Part shown: positions 1 to 7,439 of the stretch, in pieces | How the letters are laid out: each line of letters begins with the position of its first letter | Position numbering within the stretch: position 1 is the stretch's first letter | Assembly: GCA_903827375.1 (NCBI GenBank) | Contig: CAIKHZ010000040.1 | Location: forward strand, 470-64,469 | Source: Akkermansiaceae bacterium | Lineage (GTDB): Bacteria; Verrucomicrobiota; Verrucomicrobiia; Verrucomicrobiales; Akkermansiaceae | DNA: 64,000 nt | Direction: 5' to 3' | Translations under genes and position numbers: made by a program | Notes under the pieces: model-generated | What the model was told of the DNA's origin: nothing | Database searches by the model: none | What the model saw: only the letters and a program-made list of their open reading frames with translations

Positions 1-429
1 GATGTAGAGGCGGCCACCGACATACATGTTGCCGGTTCCCTGTCCAAATCCAGTCGCGCCGCCACCGGCAGTCGTGACATCGGCGAGATTGTACGTGCCC
101 GTGCCGCCGCCGATGCCGACAAACATCCAGTTGCCGCTGCCGGTATAGGCATTGCCGGCCGTTTGATTGAGCGTACCGTTGGTGCCGCCGCCTGTGCCAA
201 TGATGATATCCACCGGACTTCCGGGAATGTTACCTGAAATCGTGGCAATATTGGGAGAATTGACGTTGATGACCGCGTTGGATCCATTCGTGCCGCCACC
301 ACCAGACCAGTTGGCGTTATCGTTCCAATTGGCGCTCGTCGAGCCGTTCCAATCGGAGGCGAACGTTGAGCCTGAAAGGCATACCACGATGGCGGAAACG
401 AGAATCTTGGGGATATTTCTAGGTTTCAT
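1..429 (-). CDS. Secreted Gly/Asn/Thr-rich beta-strand-repeat protein (autotransporter-passenger / PEP-CTERM-like), 5' part only; runs off the window start
   Basis: Not in the ORF track. Manual minus-strand translation from ATG at 429 is open to position 1: MKPRNIPKILVSAIVVCLSGSTFA (signal-like) SDWNGSTSANWNDNANWSGGG...GTLNQTAG...GTYNL. The W-x-G...W-x-x-x-x-N-W start is typical of verrucomicrobial passenger proteins. Confidence 0.75.
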   Translation of the reverse strand, partial: MKPRNIPKILVSAIVVCLSGSTFASDWNGSTSANWNDNANWSGGGGTNGSNAVINVNSPNIATISGNIPGSPVDIIIGTGGGTNGTLNQTAGNAYTGSGNWMFVGIGGGTGTYNLADVTTAGGGATGFGQGTGNMYVGGRLYI

Positions 430-596
430 GGCAATATTCTGGGGGGTTATTCGGATCAATTTACAGGGTTGCCGTGGCTTCCAAAAAGGGTTGTCACAGG
501 GTGTAAAAGGGAGTTATTCGAAAATCCCTCAGCCGTCAACCTCCCAGTTTATGGAGGTCCCAGCGCTCAGGATTGCCTAACTTCGTTCGAACAGAA

Positions 597-1154
597 TCAT
601 TTGGAATGACCGTTCTTTTCCAGGTTGAGGCGCTGGTCCAGATCACTCCACTGCTGGCGGCTAACGATGTAGCCCTTGCAGTTGGCAGCGCCGCACAGGC
701 AGGGATGGTCCGCGTAACAATCGACGTCAAAGCCGTAGTCGAACGTGAGCTCAACGCCTGCCTGGATATCCTGCAAGGCATGGATGATGATTTTGCGACC
801 GACGATCCAAGCCTCGCAATTTGGATTGCACGAATGATTGATGAGGCGGGCCGTGTTCCAAGGGAAATTCCCATCAATGTCATAGCGCTTCGAGAGCGTG
901 AAGATATACACTGCGGCATCGCCAGTCTTGATAGATTTCGCGTGTTGCCGGGTGCCCCGGCGCTGGCTTTCTCGCTTGTCGATGCGCTCACCCAGATACT
1001 CGATGATCGGCGCATCCTTGGGAATGAAGCAGGTGGCATACACCCCGCGGCCGTGAATCGCAGATCCCCGCACTTCACAAAGATGGCTCTGACCGCGTTG
1101 CCACAATCCCAACAACTTGCGATACAGGATTTGCTCTTCCGACCCGGATTTCAT
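597..1154 (-). CDS. SET-domain protein-lysine methyltransferase with post-SET Cys motif
   Basis: Motifs SAIHGRGVYA, IIEYLGE, RLINHSCNPN, ELTFDY and post-SET CLCGAANCKG. The ORF extends to 1187; ATG at 1154 is the preferred start. Confidence 0.9.
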   Translation of the reverse strand: MKSGSEEQILYRKLLGLWQRGQSHLCEVRGSAIHGRGVYATCFIPKDAPIIEYLGERIDKRESQRRGTRQHAKSIKTGDAAVYIFTLSKRYDIDGNFPWNTARLINHSCNPNCEAWIVGRKIIIHALQDIQAGVELTFDYGFDVDCYADHPCLCGAANCKGYIVSRQQWSDLDQRLNLEKNGHSK

Positions 1155-1176
1155 TTTTTCAGACTTGTTGAATATC

Positions 1177-1875
1177 TCAATGGGCATCAGCAGCCTTGCG
1201 CTCTTGGATGGGTGGCAATTCCAGGTCTAACGGCAATGTGAGATAGAGCCGCCGCAACGCGCTCACCGTCAGTCCCGAGCCGTCAATAAAGGTCCAATCG
1301 TTCTTCCCCTTGTCGGAAACCGCCACCTGAAAACCGGTCTTCTCAATGACCACTGGCTTGGGCTCACCTTGAAGCAATAAGCGGTATTTCGTTAGAGTTG
1401 GCACCAGTACCAGCCACTTGGTAAAAATCTGAATTTCGACTTCCTCGCCCTTCACCACCTCGACCTTCGAATCTGCGCCGACCTCAAACGAGCGGGGCGC
1501 GCCTTGATGCACCGACGAAATGATGCTCACCCCCTCTTGAGTCATGCGTTTGGACGCCCCTTCGATCTGCCTCAGCACCTCCGCCATGCCGCCCTTCGTC
1601 TGATTGGCCATGCGCTCCTTCCAAAGCGGATTCATCCGCTCAATAGCGACCGCGTAATTTCCCCGCGTCACATCACTTCCGAGCTTGTCCACCGCCGCCA
1701 CCGCCGATGCCAGCACCTCCGCAGGTGCACTGACCGCCGGAGGTGGCACCGCTGCCCCGGCACGCGCCACCGGAGGCGTTGGGGTCGTTGGGGCCACCGG
1801 GGGTTTCTGCGCAAGGGCCTCAGCAGCCAGCCAGGCAGCCAGCGACACAACCGTCAAAAATTCCTGCGTTTTCAC
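1177..1875 (-). CDS. Hypothetical exported protein
   Basis: 232-aa ORF with a signal peptide (..AAWLAAEALA), a Pro/Ala linker and a globular-looking C-terminal region. No family recognised. Confidence 0.7.
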   Translation of the reverse strand: MKTQEFLTVVSLAAWLAAEALAQKPPVAPTTPTPPVARAGAAVPPPAVSAPAEVLASAVAAVDKLGSDVTRGNYAVAIERMNPLWKERMANQTKGGMAEVLRQIEGASKRMTQEGVSIISSVHQGAPRSFEVGADSKVEVVKGEEVEIQIFTKWLVLVPTLTKYRLLLQGEPKPVVIEKTGFQVAVSDKGKNDWTFIDGSGLTVSALRRLYLTLPLDLELPPIQERKAADAH

Positions 1876-1966
1876 AGCCCCTGCATGCCCGTCTGAGGGC
1901 GATCCGTCAAGCCCGCAGCAATTCCGCTTGGATTTCCCCGATCATCTTGCTACTGCTCCTGCCCCC

Positions 1967-2884
1967 ATGGCTAAACAGGCACAAGCACTCGGCAAAGGAC
2001 TCGCAGCCCTCATCCGCAAACACCCCGCCGCTGCAGAGGCCGATGGCGTTGTTTCTGCGGAAGATTTGAAGCGAGTGCGCGACGTGCCTCACCATCTGGT
2101 GGTGCCGAGCCCGCTGCAACCCCGCACCCAGTTTTTTGAAGCGCCGCTGGACGATTTGGTCGAATCGATCCGCCAGCACGGCATCATCCAACCGCTCATC
2201 GTCCGCCCCGTCAATGGCACCTTCGAGCTCATCGCCGGCGAACGCCGCTGGCGCGCCGCTCACAAACTCGGCCTCGCCACCGTCCCGGTCATCGAACGCG
2301 AGGCGTCCGACCGCGATGTGCTCGAAATGGCGCTCATTGAAAACATCCAGCGCGAAGACCTCAACCCCATGGAGGAAGCCGCTGGCTACGTCCGTCTCGC
2401 CAAGGAATATTTCCTCAAACAGGAGGAAATCGCCACCCGCGTCGGCAAAAACCGTGCCAGCGTCGCCAATGCGATGCGCCTGCTCGACCTCCACCCCGAC
2501 ATCCAAATCATGGTGGCCAAAAAGAGCCTGTCCGTGGGCCACGCCAAGGTGGTACTTTCGCTCAAGGATCAAGAAGTCCAACTGCTCGCCTCCTCTCAGA
2601 TCTTGCGCCGCCAACTCACCGTGCGAGCCACCGAGAAATTCGTCCAATCCCTGCTCTCCGCTTCTGATTCATCCCTAGGCGACTCCGGCGACTCCAAAAA
2701 GTCCGCCGCCCTGCGAGAAGCCGATGTCCAGATCCGCGCCATCACCAATCGCCTGCGGGCCCATCTCGCCACCCACGTCGCCATCCAGCACTCACCTAAA
2801 AAGGGCCGCATCGAGATCGAATATTACGGCAACGACGACCTCCAGCGCCTCCTCGAGTTGCTGGGCCTGCCGACCAGCGACTGA
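1967..2884 (+). CDS. parB: ParB/Spo0J chromosome partitioning protein
   Basis: N-terminal LGKGLAALI peptide, QPRTQF, GIIQPLIVR, ELIAGERRWRA, ALIENIQREDLNPMEEA, HTH, and C-terminal GRIEIEYY. Start is ATG 1967 inside ORF 1685..2884. Confidence 0.95.
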   Translation: MAKQAQALGKGLAALIRKHPAAAEADGVVSAEDLKRVRDVPHHLVVPSPLQPRTQFFEAPLDDLVESIRQHGIIQPLIVRPVNGTFELIAGERRWRAAHKLGLATVPVIEREASDRDVLEMALIENIQREDLNPMEEAAGYVRLAKEYFLKQEEIATRVGKNRASVANAMRLLDLHPDIQIMVAKKSLSVGHAKVVLSLKDQEVQLLASSQILRRQLTVRATEKFVQSLLSASDSSLGDSGDSKKSAALREADVQIRAITNRLRAHLATHVAIQHSPKKGRIEIEYYGNDDLQRLLELLGLPTSD

Positions 2885-2965
2885 GCCGTCCTTCCGGACA
2901 TGCCCCTCGGCAAAAACCTGAATTTCCCTCGCAACTCTTCCGCTGCCCGAAGGTTTAGCCCGAGT

Positions 2966-3397
2966 ATGAAAAAGTTCACACTTGCTCTGACCATTGCGGC
3001 CGCGACTCTTTTCGCCAGCCAAAGTTCCGTTCTCGCCCAAGATCCAGCTCCGGGCGCCAATCCCCCACCCGCTGCCCGTCCAGGCGGCCCCGGCGGCCCA
3101 GGCGGCGCACGCCGCATGGACCCGGAGGCCCGGCTCAAATTCATGACCGAGCAACTCGGACTTGACGCCGATCAACAAGCGAAGATCAAGGCGATCTACG
3201 AGAAAAACGCCGCCAAAATCAAGGAACTCATGGCCAAGGGCTTTGAAAATCTCACTGACGCCGACAAGACGGCCATGCGCGATTACTTCACCTCTCAACT
3301 CGAAGAAATCTCCACGATCCTCACTCCTGAGCAACAACAAAAACTCAAGGATATGCGCCCTCAGGGCCGTGGCCCAAGACCCGAACCCGCCAAGTAA
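2966..3397 (+). CDS. Periplasmic helical Spy/CpxP-like (LTXXQ) protein
   Basis: Signal peptide MKKFTLALTIAAATLFA..VLA, Gly/Pro linker, and motifs LGLDADQQAKIKAI and ILTPEQQQK. Confidence 0.7.
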   Translation: MKKFTLALTIAAATLFASQSSVLAQDPAPGANPPPAARPGGPGGPGGARRMDPEARLKFMTEQLGLDADQQAKIKAIYEKNAAKIKELMAKGFENLTDADKTAMRDYFTSQLEEISTILTPEQQQKLKDMRPQGRGPRPEPAK

Positions 3398-3422
3398 CCC
3401 TCACTTCTTCATTCTCCAATCC

Positions 3423-3456
3423 ATGGGCGGGAGGCTTTCGCTTCCCGCCCATTTTC
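3423..3456 (+). terminator. Intrinsic terminator after the LTXXQ gene
   Basis: ATGGGCGGGAGGC-TTTC-GCTTCCCGCCCAT stem-loop followed by TTTT, 25 nt after the stop. Confidence 0.7.
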
Positions 3457-3527
3457 GTGGACCAATCAAATGGACCAAAAAATAATATTTGCCTAGCTGC
3501 CATGTGTGGGCTAGGCAACCCGTTGCC

Positions 3528-3860
3528 ATGACTAACAGCCAAGTCCGACACCACATGCGGCGCGTTTGCGTGCCCTTGGTGTGGCTTGCCATCGTCCAGG
3601 TCCTGCTCCTGTCGATGCTTGCGTCCTCACCGGAAATGCACGGGCATTTCCACCTGTCCTCGCACGACTCCGACCACCATTGCCTGGCGACCGACTTTAA
3701 ATCGGGCCTCATCGAGCAACCCCTCGTGGCCCCAATGAACGCACCGCGCTTCATGCCGGTTTTCATTGACATCGTTCCCTCGGCGGCCGATGCCCGGCGC
3801 TCGATGCCGGTGCATTTATGTGGCAGTTTGCTCGAACACGGGCCGCCACCACTTGTCTGA
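3528..3860 (+). CDS. His-rich small protein with N-terminal hydrophobic segment and C-terminal HGPP motif (DUF2946-like leader ORF)
   Basis: VCVPLVWLAIVQVLLLSMLA hydrophobic stretch, MHGHFHLSSHDSDHHC, and ending LLEHGPPPLV*. It lies directly upstream of the metal-uptake operon. Alternative start at 3555. Confidence 0.6.
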   Translation: MTNSQVRHHMRRVCVPLVWLAIVQVLLLSMLASSPEMHGHFHLSSHDSDHHCLATDFKSGLIEQPLVAPMNAPRFMPVFIDIVPSAADARRSMPVHLCGSLLEHGPPPLV

Positions 3861-3954
3861 TAGGCCGAATTCGCACGCCGGAACCCCGTTGGTTCCGCCG
3901 CTCTACCTGAATGCGCGCAGCCTGCGGCGTTCATCAATCCAACCCATCACTCTT

Positions 3955-5571
3955 ATGATACCTAACAGAATTCTAGCTGTTTTTCTAACTACGATCTTAC
4001 TTCCTGGCCATCTTCTGGCAGAATCCACCGCGACCCCGGCCCCGTCCAACGAAGAGATTCAGCAGCAACTCCTTGGAATGCAAAAGGCCCTCCAAGACCA
4101 GCAAACCCGCCACCAAGCCGAACTCGACGCCCTTAAAAAACAAATCGCCGACCAGCAAACGGTCATCGATTCCATGAAGCCGGCAAGTCCCGACTCGCCC
4201 GCACAGCCGCCACCGACCCCCAGCAAAGCCGCAACTCCGGACCTATCACCGGCATTTCCCACCACCGATCCGTCACTCGTGCCAGAGGCCAAGGCCGTGC
4301 CCCCGCCCGGCAAGCAACCGCCAAGCGCCCCTGCGACGGCGGGCGCTGCGTTTCCCACCACCGATCCATCCATCGTGACCGATGGCCCGGCCAGCGGCCC
4401 GTCAGCCGGGTTACTGCCGTCCCCCGGCCTACTCGGCGGCGGAGCGGCAAAGGGCAGTTATCTGAACATTTCTTTTGATGCGGTGATCGCGGGTGCGGCT
4501 TCCACCGACCCGAATCTAAGCTCACTGGAAGTCGGCGACCACGACCCCCAACAACGAGGATTCAACGCCCGCAACGTCGAACTCGCCCTCGATGGTGCCG
4601 TGGACCCGTTCTTCGAAGGCTTCGCAAATATCGTCTTCAAACTCGACAATAACAATCAAACCCAGGTCGAAGTCGAGGAAGCCTTCGGCCAAACCACCGA
4701 CCTTCCCTTTGGCTTCCAAGCTAAAGCCGGTCAGTTTTTCACCCAGTTCGGCCGCATCAATCCAACCCATCCACACACCTGGGATTTTGTCGATGCTCCA
4801 CTCGTCCAAGGGCTGTTGCTCGGTCCAGACGGCCTCCGCGGTGTCGGTGCCCAACTCGCCTGGGTCATCCCGCTGCCCTTCTATGCCCAAGCGATTTTGG
4901 CCCTGCAAAACGGCCAAGGCGGCACCGGCTATTCCTTCCGCAACCCGGGTGATACCGGCACCTTCTTCGATCGATCAACCATCAATCGACAAACCGACGG
5001 ACTATCCGATCTGGTGATCACTCCACGCCTCGAAGCCTCGGTTGATCTAACATCCACGCAGACGCTCCTTGGCGGTGTGTCCGCGGCCTTCGGGCCCAAT
5101 GACACCGGCTACACCAGTTCCACCCAAATCTACGGCGCCGATTTGTTTTACAAATGGAAACCCTCCAACGCCGAAGGCGGCTGGCCGTATGTAAAATGGC
5201 AGAGCGAGGCGATGGTCCGCAGATTTGAGGCTGGCCAGGGACTCAATAACACCTTTGCCATCGCAGAAACCTTCCATGACTGGGGAGCTTACTCTCAAGT
5301 CGTTTGGGGCTTTTACAAGGGTTGGGCAGCCGGCTTGCGCGGGGATTACATGCATATGCAGACGTCGGACGTCACCAACGATCCACAACGCCAAAGCCGC
5401 AGCCGCGTTTCCACCGATCTGACTTGGTATCTCTCGGAGTTCTCAAAATTCCGCCTCCAATACAACTACGACAGACTTCAGTCTAACGCATTCCTCCCAA
5501 GCCGCGACGAAAACTCGCTCTTCCTGATGTATGAACTCGCCCTCGGCGCTCACGGTGCCCACAAATTCTAA
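3955..5571 (+). CDS. Outer-membrane beta-barrel (porin-like, of the type found with Zn/Mn ABC systems) with N-terminal coiled coil and Pro-rich linker
   Basis: Signal peptide from ATG 3955, coiled coil QQQLLGMQKALQDQQ.., amphipathic strands (ELALDGAVDPFF, KAGQFFTQFGRIN, FRLQYNY), and C-terminal LGAHGAHKF. Confidence 0.75.
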   Translation: MIPNRILAVFLTTILLPGHLLAESTATPAPSNEEIQQQLLGMQKALQDQQTRHQAELDALKKQIADQQTVIDSMKPASPDSPAQPPPTPSKAATPDLSPAFPTTDPSLVPEAKAVPPPGKQPPSAPATAGAAFPTTDPSIVTDGPASGPSAGLLPSPGLLGGGAAKGSYLNISFDAVIAGAASTDPNLSSLEVGDHDPQQRGFNARNVELALDGAVDPFFEGFANIVFKLDNNNQTQVEVEEAFGQTTDLPFGFQAKAGQFFTQFGRINPTHPHTWDFVDAPLVQGLLLGPDGLRGVGAQLAWVIPLPFYAQAILALQNGQGGTGYSFRNPGDTGTFFDRSTINRQTDGLSDLVITPRLEASVDLTSTQTLLGGVSAAFGPNDTGYTSSTQIYGADLFYKWKPSNAEGGWPYVKWQSEAMVRRFEAGQGLNNTFAIAETFHDWGAYSQVVWGFYKGWAAGLRGDYMHMQTSDVTNDPQRQSRSRVSTDLTWYLSEFSKFRLQYNYDRLQSNAFLPSRDENSLFLMYELALGAHGAHKF

Positions 5572-5599
5572 ATCAACTATCTAGCAACCTAACACCTCC

Positions 5600-6505
5600 A
5601 TGAAACCAAGCATCGCAATCCTCCTAACCGTCCTCGCCGCCGTCACCGGCACGGCGCGGGCCAAGCTCAATGTTGTGGCCACTCTAGCTGATTACGCGGC
5701 CATCGCCCGTGAAATTGGGGGTGACCATGTGGACATCACCTCGATGGCGAAGCCCACCGAAGATCCGCACTTTGTGGATGCCCGGCCCAGCTTTGTCGTC
5801 AAACTGCGCAGCGCCGATATCCTCATCGAGGGCGGCGCTGAACTCGAAGTCGGCTGGCTCCCGCCTCTCCTCCAAAATGCCCGCAATCCCAAACTCGACA
5901 CCGGCGCTATCGGCCGCGTCCAAGCCTCAGAGGGAATCCGCCTGCTCGATGTGCCCGCCACCCTCAGCCGCGCTGCTGGCGACGTTCACGCATCGGGCAA
6001 TCCGCATTTCATGGTCGATCCGATCATTGCCAAAGCGGTTGCCGCACACATCGCCCGGGCCTTCAGCGCGGCGGATCCGGCCAACGCCTCTACTTACACC
6101 GCCAATAACAAGAAATTCGAAGCCACGATAGATGCCAAACTTCAGGAATGGGGGAAGGCGCTGCTGCCATTCCGCGGCCAACACCTCGCCGCCTATCATG
6201 ACGACTGGCTGTACTTCGCCCATCGCTTCGGCTTCGAGGTTGACGTCTTCCTCGAGCCCAAACCCGGGGTGCCGCCCTCACCGTCGCATTTGGCCGAAGT
6301 GATCGGCAAAATCAAAGCGGAGAAAATCAAAGCCATCCTAGTCGAGCCCTATCACAACCGAAAAATTGCCACCAAGGTGGCATCCTCCACCGGAGCCCAC
6401 GTCGTGGATGCCGCGCAGTACCCGGACGGCTTGCCTAACACCGCGACCTATGTCGAGTTGATCGACGTGCTGGTCACTCGCCTAACCACAGCCCTCAAAA
6501 ACTAA
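5600..6505 (+). CDS. Metal ABC transporter substrate-binding protein (ZnuA/TroA family)
   Basis: Signal peptide; EDPHFV, GNPHFMVDP, YHDDWLYF and EPKPGVPPSPSHL motifs of cluster A-I binding proteins. Confidence 0.9.
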   Translation: MKPSIAILLTVLAAVTGTARAKLNVVATLADYAAIAREIGGDHVDITSMAKPTEDPHFVDARPSFVVKLRSADILIEGGAELEVGWLPPLLQNARNPKLDTGAIGRVQASEGIRLLDVPATLSRAAGDVHASGNPHFMVDPIIAKAVAAHIARAFSAADPANASTYTANNKKFEATIDAKLQEWGKALLPFRGQHLAAYHDDWLYFAHRFGFEVDVFLEPKPGVPPSPSHLAEVIGKIKAEKIKAILVEPYHNRKIATKVASSTGAHVVDAAQYPDGLPNTATYVELIDVLVTRLTTALKN

Positions 6506-6509
6506 CAGC

Positions 6510-7343
6510 ATGTGGGAAGTCATGATGTGGCCGGTTGTGGCCTGTGTATTGTTGCCCGGTCTGCTAGTGTATCTTGGCCTGCACGTCGTCCGCCGAGGAA
6601 TCATTTTCATTGATATAGCGATGGCGCAAATGGCCTCTCTGGGCGTGTGTTTTGCCGCGATGAAACACATGGATCCGGACAGTCCCCTGACGTTCTGGAT
6701 TTCTCTTGGATTCACGCTGCTGGCGGCAGCCCTGTTTGCCTTCACCGGCAAACGCAACGGCGAGGTGCCGCAAGAGGCGATCATCGGCATCGCCTATGTG
6801 GTGGCCGCCGCCGCCTCGGTCATTCTGTTGAGTTACTCGACGGAAGGCGACGAGCAGATCAAGAACATGCTTGTTGGAAACATCCTGCTAGTCACCAAGG
6901 AGGAAATTTTCCGCACCCTCGGGCTGTTTGTTGGAGTCGGCCTGTTCCACTGGTTTCTGCGTAAACGCTTCCTGCTGCTGTCCTTCGCTCCGGCCGAAGC
7001 GGCTGCCTCCGGCATGCCCGTGAAGTTATGGGATTTCCTGTTTTATGCCACCTTCGGCTTGGTTGTCACTAGCTTTGTGCAAATCGTCGGCGTGTTGCTG
7101 GTATTCACCTATCTGATCGTCCCGGCCGTATGCGGCATCCTCACTGCGCAGCGCTTCGGCACCCGCCTGGCCATCGGGGTGGTGCTCTCACTCGTCGGCG
7201 GCGTGACCGGGTTGATGATTTCGTTTTACGAGGACCTGCCAAGCGGAGCAGCCATTGTTTGCGTCTTTGGCGGGTTGTTGGTGCTGGCTGGCATCGTCTC
7301 AATCTTCCTCAGGCCAACTGAGCCGTCGGCACCGCCGGCATGA
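6510..7343 (+). CDS. Metal ABC transporter permease (ZnuB/ABC-3 family)
   Basis: Multiple TM helices, GLHVVRRGIIFIDIAMAQ, GVLLVFTYLIVPA and DLPSGAAIV; 4 nt after the binding-protein gene. Confidence 0.9.
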   Translation: MWEVMMWPVVACVLLPGLLVYLGLHVVRRGIIFIDIAMAQMASLGVCFAAMKHMDPDSPLTFWISLGFTLLAAALFAFTGKRNGEVPQEAIIGIAYVVAAAASVILLSYSTEGDEQIKNMLVGNILLVTKEEIFRTLGLFVGVGLFHWFLRKRFLLLSFAPAEAAASGMPVKLWDFLFYATFGLVVTSFVQIVGVLLVFTYLIVPAVCGILTAQRFGTRLAIGVVLSLVGGVTGLMISFYEDLPSGAAIVCVFGGLLVLAGIVSIFLRPTEPSAPPA

Positions 7344-7439
7344 AGAATCTGCTTCTTTGTTAGCCCGTTTTAACAAAGGCTCATTGGCACCCCTCAGACA
7401 GCAGCTTCTCCCTGCGGCTCGACGGCAAAGCGGACTCTC

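Noticed and set aside
167-1241. Plus-strand ORFs 167..580 and 573..1241
   Set aside because: They are antisense shadows of the minus-strand secreted protein and the SET gene, which carry the recognisable motifs.
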